Counted from the stretch's first letter, positions 51,090-62,162 are shown. The stretch is DNA of 64,000 bases from Rhodospirillales bacterium (GCA_040877275.1 JBBDOA010000116.1:16695-80694); one strand, 5' to 3'. Numbers and translations are program-made. Notes: a model not told the origin generated them from the letters alone.

Positions 51090-53726
51090 TTATTCTGCGG
51101 CGTCGGAGTCCGGCTTGGCGGCAGGTTTCTTTTTGGCTGCGGTTTTTTTCTTTGCTGCGGGTTTCTTTTTGGCAGCGGCCTTCTTCGCCGGTGCTGTGGA
51201 GGCCGTTTTGCCGCCGCCCTTGCCGTTCGTGCCCTTGGCATCGATCAGGCCGAGGGCGACCTCCAGCGTCACATCTTCCTTGGTCATGTCTTTGGGCAGG
51301 CGTGCCATGGTCCGGCCATTCTGCACGAACGGCCCCCAGCGGCCGTCCTTGACCATGATCGGCTTTTTGTTCTTCGGGTGCTTGCCAAGCTCGATCGGCG
51401 GGTCCTTGCGCGGTTTGTCGCCGAGCAGCGCAACCGCCCGGTTGAGGCCGATGGTCAGTACATCATCCTCGTCACCCTTGAGCGAGACATAGGTGCCGCC
51501 GACCAGCAGGAACGGGCCGAAGCGACCGATGTTGGCGCGGATTTCCATACCGGACATCGGGTCTATGCCGACCAGACGCGGCAGCGACAGCAGCGCCACC
51601 GCCTTGTTGAAATCGACAGAGGCCGGATCAACACCCGCAGGCAGCGAGGCGCGCCTGGGTTTGATTTTCTTTTTGCCGACGACTTCTTCTTCACCGATCT
51701 GGATATAGGGCCCGTACGGACCCTGACGCAGCGTCAGCGCCTTGCCGGTTTCCGGATCGATGCCGAGTTCCCTGGGCCCGTCGCCGAGCACGTTTTCCGA
51801 TGGATCGCCACCCAGGGGCGTCGTGAAGTTGCAGTCCGGATAACGCGAGCAGCCGAGGAACGCGCCATGCCGGCCAAGCTTGATCGACAGCTCGCCCTCT
51901 TTGCACTTCGGGCAGCTTCTTGGGTCCGAGCCGTCGGCGCGGTCGGGGAAGAAGTGTGGCCTGAGTTCCTCGTTCAGCACGTCCAGAACATTGCGCACCG
52001 TCAGATCTTTGGTGTCGTCGACCTTTTCCTTGAAGGCCACCCAGAAATCCCGAAGCACCTGCTTCCAGGCGATCTGGCCGCCGGAAATATCGTCGAGCTG
52101 GGCTTCCAGATTGGCGGTGAAATCATATTCGACGTAGCGTTCAAAAAAGCTGGAAAGGAAAGTCGTTACCAGCCGGCCGCGATCTTCGGGAATGAAACGG
52201 CGCTTGTCCAGCTGCACATAGTTGCGGTCCTGCAGCACGGTTATGATCGAGGCATAAGTCGACGGTCGGCCGATACCAAGTTCTTCGAGCTTTTTGACCA
52301 GCGACGCTTCGCTGTAGCGGGGCGGTGGCTGGGTAAAGTGCTGCTCGGGCAGGGTCTCGGTCCTGGGCGTCTCTTCGCCCTCGTTCATGACAGGCAGCAG
52401 ACGGTTGCCGTCATCGTCCTCGGCGCTGTCATCGCGGCCTTCGCTGTAAACCCTGATGAAGCCGTCAAAGGCGATCACCGAGCCGTTGGCTCGGAACGTC
52501 ACGGCGCGGTCGTCGGACGTCAGGTCGACCGCGACCTGATCGAGCACGGCGGCTTCCATCTGGCTGGCGACAGTCCGTTTCCAGATCAGTGAGTACAGCT
52601 TGAGCTGGTCGGGGCTCAGATACTGGCTTAAGGATTCCGGCGTGCGGCGAAGATCCGTCGGACGTACCGCTTCGTGTGCTTCCTGAGCATTTTTGGCCTT
52701 GGTTTTATAAACACGCGGGCTGTCGGGCACGTATTTCGAGCCGAATTTTTCCTGAATGACGTTTCTGGCGGCGTTGATCGCCTCTTGCGCCATCTGCACG
52801 CCGTCGGTCCGCATATAGGTAATCAGGCCGACGGTGTCCGAACCGATCCGGACGCCTTCATACAGGTTCTGCGCCACCTGCATGGTTTTGCGGGCCGGGA
52901 AGTAGAGCTTGCGCGAAGATTCCTGTTGTAGCGTCGAGGTGGTGAACGGCGGCGACGGAAAGCGCCTCGACTGCTTGCGTTCGATCTTGCCGGTCTTGTA
53001 GGTCCGGGCCTCGACGGCGGCCACGGCCTGTTCGGCGAGGGCCTCGGAGTTGATCGAAAACTTGGTCAGCTTCTCGTTGTTCAAGTGCGTCAACGTCGCC
53101 TTGAAGGCATCACCGCGCGGTGTTTTGAACAGTGCATCGACGGACCAGTATTCCTCGGCCCTGAACATCTCGATTTCAAGTTCCCGCTCGCAAATCAGTC
53201 TGAGCGCCACCGACTGCACGCGCCCGGCTGAGCGCGACCCGGGCAGTTTTCGCCACAAGACAGGCGACAGGGTAAAGCCGACCAGATAATCGAGTGCGCG
53301 ACGAGCCATGTAGGCATCGACCAGTTCATGATCCAACTCACGCGGATGGGCGAAGGCTTCCCTGATTGCATCCTTGGTGATCTCGTTGAAGACGACGCGC
53401 TTGACCGGCTTGCCGGTCAGCAGCTTCCTGCCTTCAAGGACTTCCTTGATGTGCCAGGAGATGGCCTCGCCTTCGCGGTCCGGGTCGGTTGCGAGAAACA
53501 GACTGTCGGCGGACTTCAAGGCCCGGGCAATTTCATCGACGTGCTTTTTCGAGCGCCCGTCGATTTCCCAGGTCATGGCGAAATCATCGTCCGGATCGAC
53601 CGAGCCGTTCTTCGACGGCAGGTCGCGGATATGGCCATAGCTGGCGAGCACAACATACTCGTCACCGAGATACTTGTTGATCGTCTTGGCCTTGGCCGGT
53701 GATTCGACGACGACGACGCTGGTCAT
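51090..53726 (-). CDS. topA: DNA topoisomerase I
   Basis: VESPAKAK, DPDREGE, SAGRVQS, ITYMRTD, GIGRPST; Lys/Ala tail. Confidence 0.98.
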   Translation of the reverse strand: MTSVVVVESPAKAKTINKYLGDEYVVLASYGHIRDLPSKNGSVDPDDDFAMTWEIDGRSKKHVDEIARALKSADSLFLATDPDREGEAISWHIKEVLEGRKLLTGKPVKRVVFNEITKDAIREAFAHPRELDHELVDAYMARRALDYLVGFTLSPVLWRKLPGSRSAGRVQSVALRLICERELEIEMFRAEEYWSVDALFKTPRGDAFKATLTHLNNEKLTKFSINSEALAEQAVAAVEARTYKTGKIERKQSRRFPSPPFTTSTLQQESSRKLYFPARKTMQVAQNLYEGVRIGSDTVGLITYMRTDGVQMAQEAINAARNVIQEKFGSKYVPDSPRVYKTKAKNAQEAHEAVRPTDLRRTPESLSQYLSPDQLKLYSLIWKRTVASQMEAAVLDQVAVDLTSDDRAVTFRANGSVIAFDGFIRVYSEGRDDSAEDDDGNRLLPVMNEGEETPRTETLPEQHFTQPPPRYSEASLVKKLEELGIGRPSTYASIITVLQDRNYVQLDKRRFIPEDRGRLVTTFLSSFFERYVEYDFTANLEAQLDDISGGQIAWKQVLRDFWVAFKEKVDDTKDLTVRNVLDVLNEELRPHFFPDRADGSDPRSCPKCKEGELSIKLGRHGAFLGCSRYPDCNFTTPLGGDPSENVLGDGPRELGIDPETGKALTLRQGPYGPYIQIGEEEVVGKKKIKPRRASLPAGVDPASVDFNKAVALLSLPRLVGIDPMSGMEIRANIGRFGPFLLVGGTYVSLKGDEDDVLTIGLNRAVALLGDKPRKDPPIELGKHPKNKKPIMVKDGRWGPFVQNGRTMARLPKDMTKEDVTLEVALGLIDAKGTNGKGGGKTASTAPAKKAAAKKKPAAKKKTAAKKKPAAKPDSDAAE

Positions 53727-53989
53727 GTCTGCCCGTTCAAAAGTTTCGACTTATATATATGCCCCGCAGTGCACCGCACCCTCAGGGCCGGGGAGAATTG
53801 GCGATAAAAGCAACACTCGTCAACCGTCGAAATGCGGGGCATGCAAAAAACTGTCACCATGCTAAGGTAAAATATTGTTCAATAACATAAGGTTATAGTG
53901 TTGTTAAAAATATTTTGACGGCATAAATAAGCCGATAGGCCAAATCAGTGACGATTTTCAGAGATAGAATGGCTGCCTAATGCCATCGC

Positions 53990-55123
53990 TCAGTCGCTGA
54001 GCAACGCCACTTTATTGCCCGCCTGACGCTCCAGCCGACCGGCGATTTCCAGTTCCAGCAGTACCACCGAGATGACGGCGGCTGGCTTGCCCGTGGCGCG
54101 GATAATGTCGTCGATGTCGGTCGGACCGTAATCCAGCGCCTCTAACACCTCACCGCGTGCCGCATCGACGGAGGGGCTATCGACGGAATGGTCCGTGTTG
54201 CCGGTAACGGCGCGGCGGCGTCCTTCGGCAAGGGTGTTGGGTGACATTTCTGCCAGCACCCGCAGTACATCGTCGGCGTTTTCCGTGAGGTATGCACCAT
54301 CCCGGATCAGCATGTTCGAGCCTTTGACGCGCGGGTCCTGTGGTGGGCCCGGCACCGCGAACACTTCGCGTCCCTGTTCAAGCGCCATCCGTGCGGTGAT
54401 CAGGGACCCTGATTTGGCACCGGCTTCAAGCACGACGATGGCCCGGGCTATGCCGGATATGATGCGGTTGCGTCTTGGAAAATGACGGGCCTGCGGCGTC
54501 GTGCCGGCGGCCACTTCGGTACAGACGGCACCGGTTGTGATCAGGTCGTTGTATAGTTGCTGGTTCTCACGCGGATAGACAATATCGACGCCGCCGCCCA
54601 TGACGGCGACAGTGCCTGTTGCCATGGAGCCCTGATGGGCCGCCGTGTCGATGCCGCGCGCCATTCCCGATACGATCAGATAGCCGGCACTCCCCAGCCG
54701 CTCGGCCATGTTTGCGGCGAAGCGGCGACCGTTGACCGAGGCATTGCGTGAGCCGACCAGGGCCACGGCCTTTTTGCTAAGCAGATGCGCATGCCCCCGC
54801 ACGAACAGAACTGGCGGCGGATCCTCGATATGGGCCAGCAGGGGCGGATAGGCGGCTTCCCCCCAGAACACCATGTCGCCGCCGAGTTCCCGCATGCGGG
54901 CGATTTCATCTTCGGCCAGGGGCTGTGGACATACTTTCAGGGCCTTGCTGCGACCGCCGTTGCGGGCCAGTTCGGGCAGTGCTTCCAGGGCCTGACGGGC
55001 ATTGCCGTACCGTTGCAGCAAGCGAAAGAATGTGACCGGGCCGACGTTTTCCGAACGGATCAGCCTGAGCCGCGCCAGCTTTTCCTGTTCGTTCAAGGCG
55101 AGTGCCTGTTCGGATATCTGCAT
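53990..55123 (-). CDS. dprA: DNA-processing protein DprA
   Basis: VGSR, SGMARGID, FPRRNRIISG, SGSLITA. Confidence 0.96.
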   Translation of the reverse strand: MQISEQALALNEQEKLARLRLIRSENVGPVTFFRLLQRYGNARQALEALPELARNGGRSKALKVCPQPLAEDEIARMRELGGDMVFWGEAAYPPLLAHIEDPPPVLFVRGHAHLLSKKAVALVGSRNASVNGRRFAANMAERLGSAGYLIVSGMARGIDTAAHQGSMATGTVAVMGGGVDIVYPRENQQLYNDLITTGAVCTEVAAGTTPQARHFPRRNRIISGIARAIVVLEAGAKSGSLITARMALEQGREVFAVPGPPQDPRVKGSNMLIRDGAYLTENADDVLRVLAEMSPNTLAEGRRRAVTGNTDHSVDSPSVDAARGEVLEALDYGPTDIDDIIRATGKPAAVISVVLLELEIAGRLERQAGNKVALLSD

Positions 55124-55207
55124 ATGCTGTCCCTTTTCGTATCCGAAGAGGGCTATGCAAGGCTCAGGCGGGAAATTTCTCCACCGCTGACAGAATAAGG
55201 TGTTTCG

Positions 55208-56776
55208 TCAGGATTTCTTTTTGGAGGAGCGGGCCAGCATCATGGCCGGGATCAGGGCGATGATGAAGGCAACGGAGACGATCAGGAAGGTATCCTGAAA
55301 TCCGAACGTCCGGGCCTGCGCATAAATGGTCCGGCTGAGATAATCATAGGCCCCCCATTCCAGTGCCTGATGCGTCAGCCCGCCTTCCTGAAGCAGGCGC
55401 GTGACCTGTTCAAGCAGTTCCCGGGTAAAGTCGTTACCCGATGTCTGCGTCGCCGTCAGCCAGTCGGCGTGCTGGGCGCTCCGGTATTCGATCAGTGCCG
55501 CTGTGATATTGACGCCGAATGCACCGCCGGTCTGGCGGATGAAGTTATAGGCACCTGCGGCGGCGTTGAGTTTCTCGGTGGTGATCGAGCGCATGGCGGC
55601 ACCACCCAGATTGGGCATCACCAGCCCGAGCGCAGCGCGGCTTAATACCGTCAGCCAGGCGATGGTCCAGAACGTCGTGTTGACATCGGATGACGCAATC
55701 AAATACGTCGACAAGGCAAAGATCAGGCAGCCGGCGATGATCGGGTAATGCGGCGGAACGGTATCGGCGATGCGGCCTGAAATCGGAATCAGGGCGAACA
55801 GGAATAATCCGGCCGGGACCAGCACCATACCGGCTTCGGTTGGAGAAAAGTGCTGGATTGTCTGCACAAAGACCGGAATTGCATAATTGGTGGCGAAATT
55901 CCCGGCGCCGAACGCGAAACCGATGGCCATGGCAGCGGCGAATTTGGGATCGAGGAACAGCGTCGGGTCCAACAGCGGCGACTTGGTCTTGAGTTGTGAA
56001 TAGATGAAAAAGGCAAAGATTATGACGCCGCCGATTGCCGTCAGCAGGGTCATGTCCGAAGTCCATCCCCAGCGTTGTCCGTTGCCGATGGCGCGCATGA
56101 TCATGACCAGCGATACGCAAAGCAGGATAAACCCGATCCAGTTGAACGGGGGCAAGCGGCGTTCGAATTTCTTTCCGGGCATGAAGATCAGCCCACCGAT
56201 AAAAGCAATCAGGACAAGCGGTAGCGGCATCAGAAAGGAATGCCGCCAGGTCAGAAGATCAATCGTCACACCACCGACAAGGGGGCCGAAACTGGGTGCC
56301 AGTGTGACGCCCAGGCCGTACATACCGACGGCAAAGCCGCGCCGGTTTCTTGGAAAAACCGCGACCATGGTGGCCAGTACCAGCGGCTGGATGATGCCGG
56401 CAGAAAAGCCCTGCATGATACGACCAAGGATCAGGATGTCGATATTCGGGCTGAATGCGCAGACAAACGAGCCGACAACAAAAACGATGAGGGTCATGGA
56501 ATAGGCCGAACGCTGACCCATCGCCCGGACGACCCAGGAATTCAGCAACTGACTGGCGACCATGGTCGTCAGGAAGGCTGTCGCCGCCCATTGTGCAACA
56601 TCCTGCCCGATGCCATAGGCCCCCATGATGCTCGGCACGGCGACATTGACGATAGTGGCCGACAGGATCATGGCAATCGCGCCGATCAGCCCGGCACCGG
56701 TCACCAGCCAGCGATAGCCTGGTCCATAGCGGTCGAATTTTTCCTGTATAGCCGGATCGTCATAGGTATCGGCCAA
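55208..56776 (-). CDS. DHA2 (EmrB/QacA) MFS efflux permease
   Basis: About 14 TM, TIVNVA, GRIMQG, APSFGP, RQTGG; TTG start. Confidence 0.88.
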   Translation of the reverse strand: MADTYDDPAIQEKFDRYGPGYRWLVTGAGLIGAIAMILSATIVNVAVPSIMGAYGIGQDVAQWAATAFLTTMVASQLLNSWVVRAMGQRSAYSMTLIVFVVGSFVCAFSPNIDILILGRIMQGFSAGIIQPLVLATMVAVFPRNRRGFAVGMYGLGVTLAPSFGPLVGGVTIDLLTWRHSFLMPLPLVLIAFIGGLIFMPGKKFERRLPPFNWIGFILLCVSLVMIMRAIGNGQRWGWTSDMTLLTAIGGVIIFAFFIYSQLKTKSPLLDPTLFLDPKFAAAMAIGFAFGAGNFATNYAIPVFVQTIQHFSPTEAGMVLVPAGLFLFALIPISGRIADTVPPHYPIIAGCLIFALSTYLIASSDVNTTFWTIAWLTVLSRAALGLVMPNLGGAAMRSITTEKLNAAAGAYNFIRQTGGAFGVNITAALIEYRSAQHADWLTATQTSGNDFTRELLEQVTRLLQEGGLTHQALEWGAYDYLSRTIYAQARTFGFQDTFLIVSVAFIIALIPAMMLARSSKKKS

Positions 56777-56784
56777 GGCGGCGG

Positions 56785-57948
56785 CTACTCTTTGATGGCG
56801 ATCTTCACCTCGACCATCATACCCGGTCGAAGGCGCGGATCGGGATTCTCGATGGCGATGCGGATCGGCAGACGCTGTGTGATTTTGGTGAAGTTGCCGC
56901 TCGGATTGGGAGTCGGCAGCAGCGCAAACTGGCTGGTGGCGGCTGATCCGATTGTCTGCACAATGCCCGGAAAGAGCTCGTCCGGATAGGCGTCGATATG
57001 GATATCAACGGCCTGACCGACGCGCAGTTTGCGGATCACGGTTTCCTTGACGTTGGCCTCAACCCAGATGTTTTTTGGATTGTGCGTCAGCAAAAGACGC
57101 TGTCCGGGCGTCACATATTCACCGACATCAACGAAAGTCTTGTCGATGATGCCGTTGATCGGACTCTTCAGGGTACGGTCGAGGACATCAAGGCGCTGGC
57201 GTTCGATACGGGCGCGAATTTCCGCTTCGCGCTGCTCAAGAACCAGAACCTCGGCGGCCAGGACATCAAGTCGGGCACGGTCGGCTTCAACCTCGGCAAT
57301 GCGCGACTTGGCCGACTGCAACTCAGCGACAGCAATGCGGTATTCGCGGTCAAGCTGCTGATGTTTGGTGTCGGCTTCGTCAAGCTGCCGTCTTGAGGAG
57401 ACCTTGTCTTCATAGAGCTTTCTGGCGCGGTTCAATTCGCGTTCGGTCAGTTCGCGCTGCGGCTTGAGCGATGAGACGACAACTTCGGCGGCGGAAACCC
57501 GGGACCGTTCGGACTGCAGCCGGCTGTCGATCTGGCTGGCGACGAGGTTTTTTTCAGCCGCGAGACGGGCGCGTTCGGCATTGGCGGCGGCAGCCTGGGC
57601 TTCAAGCTCGTTCTGCAGGATATTGGATTCCCGGTCATCGATCTGCACCATTACGGTGCCTTCCTGAACGGTGTCACCTTCGGCGGCAGGCATTTTGGTG
57701 ATCCAGCCGGCGACGCGTGAAGACACGGTAACCATATCGGTAAGGATGCGCGCATCTTCCTCGAAAACGAAGGTCAGGCGCTTATGCACCTCAAGAAACC
57801 CGAAATAGACGGCGGCAACAAGGGTGAGCGCAGAAATAATGAACACTGGACGGATGCGCCAGGCAGGTCGCTGGGTCGTCATCGCGGTGCTATCTGTGAC
57901 CTTGGCGTCGGATGTGACGCGGCCATCTGCTTTGCTCTCATCGGGCAT
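56785..57948 (-). CDS. EmrA/HlyD membrane fusion protein
   Basis: WVEANVKET, DAYP, NPSGNFTKITQR. Confidence 0.9.
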   Translation of the reverse strand: MPDESKADGRVTSDAKVTDSTAMTTQRPAWRIRPVFIISALTLVAAVYFGFLEVHKRLTFVFEEDARILTDMVTVSSRVAGWITKMPAAEGDTVQEGTVMVQIDDRESNILQNELEAQAAAANAERARLAAEKNLVASQIDSRLQSERSRVSAAEVVVSSLKPQRELTERELNRARKLYEDKVSSRRQLDEADTKHQQLDREYRIAVAELQSAKSRIAEVEADRARLDVLAAEVLVLEQREAEIRARIERQRLDVLDRTLKSPINGIIDKTFVDVGEYVTPGQRLLLTHNPKNIWVEANVKETVIRKLRVGQAVDIHIDAYPDELFPGIVQTIGSAATSQFALLPTPNPSGNFTKITQRLPIRIAIENPDPRLRPGMMVEVKIAIKE

Positions 57949-58110
57949 GTTTCAATTCCCATGTGCCCAATACAGGGCTACTGATGGCCCGGACACGCTG
58001 ATAAGTTTGCATCCTCTGAGTGTGTTTGGAAAGACCCCGAGGCGCATTATTGTCTGTTATCAGGCGCTTCGCGTTGATTTTATGTATTTAACCTTGCATC
58101 AAGATTTATA

Positions 58111-58141
58111 TTGAGCTTCTAGTAACTGGAAGCTTTATCAT
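58111..58141 (+). promoter_or_regulatory. CueR-type promoter/operator of copA
   Basis: -35 TTGAGC, 19-bp spacer, -10 TATCAT; dyad AGCTTC-N9-GAAGCT. Confidence 0.85.
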
Positions 58142-58171
58142 GCGTGTATCGTTAATATAGGGAACCGAAAA

Positions 58172-60607
58172 ATGCAGATGCACGGGCGTGAATTGAAGGC
58201 GGAAACCCACAGTTTCGGGATAACAGGGATGACCTGTGCCGGTTGCGCCAGCCGTGCTGAGCGCGCCCTCAAGGCATTGCCCGGACAGTCGGAGGCACGT
58301 GTCGATTTCGCAACCGAACGGGCTACGGTTGAGCATTCCGGTGCCACCGCAACAGAAATTCTCAAGGCCGTCGAGGGTGCCGGGTTTCATGCCGAATTGA
58401 CCGGGCTCGATCTCGATATCGGCGGCATGACCTGCGCCGGCTGTGCCGCCAATGTCGAAAAGGCGCTCATCGCCGTTCCGGGTGTCGTCGCTGCCGAGGT
58501 CAATCTGGCGATGGAGCGGGCGCATGTAACCTGGCTTGGCCATGATATCGCCGGCAAGACGCTGATTGAGGCCGTCAAAGCTGCCGGTTACCGTGCCGAA
58601 GCCAGGGCAACGGACGCCGACGTGCGCCGCCGACAGGCTGCGGAACAGGCGAAAAGGGATGCCGTCGCGCATAAGAAGGAAATCGTGATGGTGGCGGTTT
58701 CCGTGATCCTGACGCTGCCTTTGCTGGCGATGATGGTGCTGCCGACCCTGGGAGTGACCTATCATGTTCCGGCGTGGCTGCAGCTTGCGCTTTGTCTGCC
58801 GGTGCAGTTCTGGATCGGCAGCCGTTTTTATGTCGGGTCCTGGAAGGCGCTGAAGGCCGGTAGCGGTAATATGGACGTGCTGGTTGCGCTTGGTACTTCG
58901 GCGGCGTTCGCGCTGAGTAGTTGGCTGATCTGGCGTGATGGCTGGCAGACCACAGAACATCTGTATTTTGAAGCATCAGCCGTGGTCATTACGCTGGTGA
59001 TCATCGGCAAGCTGATCGAGAACAGGGCCAAACGCGGCACCACCGAAGCGATCCGGACATTAATGGCGTTACGCCCGGAACGGGCCCGGGTTGTGCGCGA
59101 CGGAGCGGTCATGGAAGTTGCCGTCGAAGCCGTGCTTGAGGGCGATCTGGTGATCGTCCGCCCGGGCGAACGGATACCGGTCGATGGCATCGTGCAGGCG
59201 GGAACATCAGAGGTCGACGAGTCCCTGATTACCGGCGAGAGCATCGCCATTACCAAAGCGTCAGGCGACACGGTGACCGGTGGTGCCATCAATGGACCCG
59301 GCGAATTGCAGATCACCGTTACCCGCGTCGGCGAGGATACGACGCTGGCGAAGATCGTGCGACTGGTTGAAAATGCGCAAAGCGGCAAGGCACCTGTGCA
59401 GCGTCTGGTCGACAGGATCAGCGCAATCTTTGTGCCGGTTGTCGTCGTCATCGCCGCCGCCGCCTTCGTCGGCTGGCTTGTCGCCGGGGCCGGTTACGAG
59501 GTCGCCATCATCAATGCTGTTTCGGTACTGGTCATCGCGTGCCCGTGTGCGCTCGGACTGGCGACACCGACGGCGATTGTTGCCGGAACCGGGGCGGCGG
59601 CGCGTGCCGGCATTCTGATAAAAGACGTTGCTGTTCTGGAACGCGCCTATGCGGTTGACATCGTTGCTTTCGACAAGACAGGCACATTGACCAAAGGTCG
59701 CCCGACACTGACTGACATTATAGCCTTTGACATTGCCGAGGATGACATGCTGGGGAGCGCCGCTGCTGTGCAGTCGGGCTCGGAGCACCCGCTGGCGCGT
59801 GCCGTTGTCGATGCGGCTGTCGGGCGCGCCCTGAAAATAGTCGCGGCAACGGGTGTCCAGGCGCATATCGGCAGCGGCGTCGAAGGAACGGTCGAGGGCG
59901 TGCCGGTACTGATCGGCAACCGGTCGCTGATGCAGGCGCAATCCATTGATAGCGCCGATGCCGCAGAAATTCTGGAAAAACTGGAAGCTGAGGGCAAAAC
60001 GGCGGTGCTGGTCGCCATCGACGGCAAGCTCGCCGGTGTGCTGGCGATGCGTGACGCGGTCAGGGCGGAATCCGCTCAGGCGATCACGCTGCTGCATGCT
60101 CTGGGTATCGGCTCGGTGATGTTGAGCGGCGATGCCAACCGTGTCGCAGAAGCCATTGGTGCCGAGATCGGTATTGATGACGTCAGGGGGGCGTTGAAGC
60201 CTGATCAGAAAGTCGCAGCACTTGAAGCGTTCCGCTCTGAAGGCCGCCATACGGCGATGGTCGGCGACGGCATCAATGATGCCCCGGCCCTGGCCGCTGC
60301 GGACGTCGGCATTGCGATGGGGTCCGGAACAGATGCGGCGATGGAAACGGCCAGCATCACGCTGATGCGCCCGGACCCCCGGCTCGTTGCGGGTGCCATG
60401 CAGATCGCCCGCGCGACATGGCTCAGGGTGCGCTGGAATTTGTTCTGGGCCTTCATTTTCAACGTCATCGGGTTGCCGCTGGCGGCGCTGGGGTATCTGT
60501 CACCCGGGATCGCCGGTGCGGCAATGGCGCTAAGCTCGGTCACCGTGGTCAGCAGTTCGCTGTTGTTGCGCGGCTGGCGGCCACAAGGAATGGGAGAGAG
60601 CGCATGA
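58172..60607 (+). CDS. copA: Cu(I)-exporting P1B-type ATPase
   Basis: Two GMTCAGC domains, CPC, DKTGT, TGES, GDGIND, MALSS. Confidence 0.93.
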   Translation: MQMHGRELKAETHSFGITGMTCAGCASRAERALKALPGQSEARVDFATERATVEHSGATATEILKAVEGAGFHAELTGLDLDIGGMTCAGCAANVEKALIAVPGVVAAEVNLAMERAHVTWLGHDIAGKTLIEAVKAAGYRAEARATDADVRRRQAAEQAKRDAVAHKKEIVMVAVSVILTLPLLAMMVLPTLGVTYHVPAWLQLALCLPVQFWIGSRFYVGSWKALKAGSGNMDVLVALGTSAAFALSSWLIWRDGWQTTEHLYFEASAVVITLVIIGKLIENRAKRGTTEAIRTLMALRPERARVVRDGAVMEVAVEAVLEGDLVIVRPGERIPVDGIVQAGTSEVDESLITGESIAITKASGDTVTGGAINGPGELQITVTRVGEDTTLAKIVRLVENAQSGKAPVQRLVDRISAIFVPVVVVIAAAAFVGWLVAGAGYEVAIINAVSVLVIACPCALGLATPTAIVAGTGAAARAGILIKDVAVLERAYAVDIVAFDKTGTLTKGRPTLTDIIAFDIAEDDMLGSAAAVQSGSEHPLARAVVDAAVGRALKIVAATGVQAHIGSGVEGTVEGVPVLIGNRSLMQAQSIDSADAAEILEKLEAEGKTAVLVAIDGKLAGVLAMRDAVRAESAQAITLLHALGIGSVMLSGDANRVAEAIGAEIGIDDVRGALKPDQKVAALEAFRSEGRHTAMVGDGINDAPALAAADVGIAMGSGTDAAMETASITLMRPDPRLVAGAMQIARATWLRVRWNLFWAFIFNVIGLPLAALGYLSPGIAGAAMALSSVTVVSSSLLLRGWRPQGMGESA

Positions 60608-60990
60608 ACGTTCGTGATGCGGGAAAACGAAGCGGATTACCGTCAAAGACCATCCGCTACTATGACGAGATCGGCCTCGTGGTGCCGGACCGTCGCGAGA
60701 ATGGTTATCGGGACTATGATAACCAGGCGGTGCAGAAGCTGGCATTTCTCAAACGAGCCCGGCAGCTCGGTTTTTCCATCGAAGACTGCCGCCAGCTATT
60801 GTCGCTGTATGAAGACAAGGAACGCGCCAGCGCCGATGTGAAGATGCTCGCCGAAAAGCATCTGACGGAAATCGACAAACGACTGGAAGAATTGCAGCAG
60901 CTCAGAAGCACCCTCAAGCATCTGGTGCACGCCTGCCATGGCGATGAGCGTCCTGATTGCCCGATCCTGGCGGACCTGTCCGGTCAATAA
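60604..60990 (+). CDS. cueR: Cu(I)-responsive MerR regulator
   Basis: KTIRYY, LGFS, CHGDERPDCPIL. Confidence 0.95.
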   Translation: MNVRDAGKRSGLPSKTIRYYDEIGLVVPDRRENGYRDYDNQAVQKLAFLKRARQLGFSIEDCRQLLSLYEDKERASADVKMLAEKHLTEIDKRLEELQQLRSTLKHLVHACHGDERPDCPILADLSGQ

Positions 60991-61110
60991 GCGCCCTGAG
61001 GCTGAGGGGGGTGTGTGGAAAACCCTCATATCCCCGATTGCGTTCTTCCGTCATCTTTAAGCGGATTTGCTAATCCCTCTTGCAGTAATATCCATTGCAA
61101 CGGGAAGCTG

Positions 61111-61689
61111 ATGGCAGAACCGGGCACCCTTCATATGCTGATCGAAAAACAGATTAATGTGCCGGACTCCCTTGCGCCCGGGTACATGAGTGCCCCCGGT
61201 ATTCGTGATTTTTATGCACGGACATCGGCGTTGATGCAGGGCCGGCATCCGGCACGATTTGCCGATCTTGATCTGATGTCCATGCACCGCCTGGCACCTG
61301 ATGTCATGATTATCGATGTTGATCCTGCGACCTGCCGGAAGTTGCTGCGGTTTGTTGGAACACGCATTGTCGATGTGTTCGGTCAGGAAACCACAGGTAT
61401 GTATCTCGATCAGATTGATATCGGGCCTTTCCGCTCGCAACAGTTGGCGGCCTTCAATATGGCCGTGGCAGCCAAAAGGCCGCAATGGACCCGCGTCAAC
61501 GCCCTGTTGGCAAATGATCACACGCCGTTACACAGGGCACTTGGCGGGATGACCTATGAGCGGCTGGTCGTGCCGTTCACGGATAAATCAGGGCAGGTCA
61601 CACATCTCGCAGCAATGACGGCCTGCACGGAAACGGCAAATGCCGATAACAGGTTCGAGCACCGGGAAGTTGATTTAGGCCTGAATTGA
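61111..61689 (+). CDS. Stand-alone PAS-like (PAS_5-type) protein
   Basis: P.F.DLD, RFVGT, ETTG.YL, YERLVVP; start uncertain. Confidence 0.6.
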   Translation: MAEPGTLHMLIEKQINVPDSLAPGYMSAPGIRDFYARTSALMQGRHPARFADLDLMSMHRLAPDVMIIDVDPATCRKLLRFVGTRIVDVFGQETTGMYLDQIDIGPFRSQQLAAFNMAVAAKRPQWTRVNALLANDHTPLHRALGGMTYERLVVPFTDKSGQVTHLAAMTACTETANADNRFEHREVDLGLN

Positions 61690-61718
61690 CGATGAGCGGC
61701 ATCAGGTGCTTAACAAAT

Positions 61719-62162
61719 TCAGGCTTTTTGCAAATAAAGCGCCGACAGCATTTCACCAAAATCTCTCAGAAGCTCCTGTAGCTCAGGTTCTTCCACGGCA
61801 TGTGCGGCAGCAGGAAAATCCATCCAGACGCGGTCACGCTGGTGCTTTTCGGGCCAATCATCGGCCAGCGTAGAGACCTGCATCGGGTAGACTTTGACCC
61901 GGTAGGCATGATCGTCCCTGTCATCAGCCTTGAAATAGGAATAGGTGCCGATCTTGGTTTCGGCGAGCTGCCCCTTGATGCCCGCTTCCTCAAATGCTTC
62001 ACAGAGTGCCGCTTCTCTCGCATTCTGGCCGGTCTCGACATGCCCTTTTGGCAACACCCAGCGACCGCGACCCCGTGATGTCACCAAAAGCACCTTCGGG
62101 ATGCCGGAATCGATGCTGTAGGCAAGAACGGCCGATTGCGGGATGCTGTTGTTGGAGGCCAT
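61719..62162 (-). CDS. NUDIX hydrolase (Ap6A/polyphosphate-type)
   Basis: LLVTSR..GRWVLPKG, AALCEAFEEAG, WPEKHQR. Confidence 0.88.
   Translation of the reverse strand: MASNNSIPQSAVLAYSIDSGIPKVLLVTSRGRGRWVLPKGHVETGQNAREAALCEAFEEAGIKGQLAETKIGTYSYFKADDRDDHAYRVKVYPMQVSTLADDWPEKHQRDRVWMDFPAAAHAVEEPELQELLRDFGEMLSALYLQKA

Noticed and set aside
53869-53916. dif site or replication origin
   Set aside because: Does not match XerC/XerD arm consensus convincingly and no DnaA-box cluster is visible.
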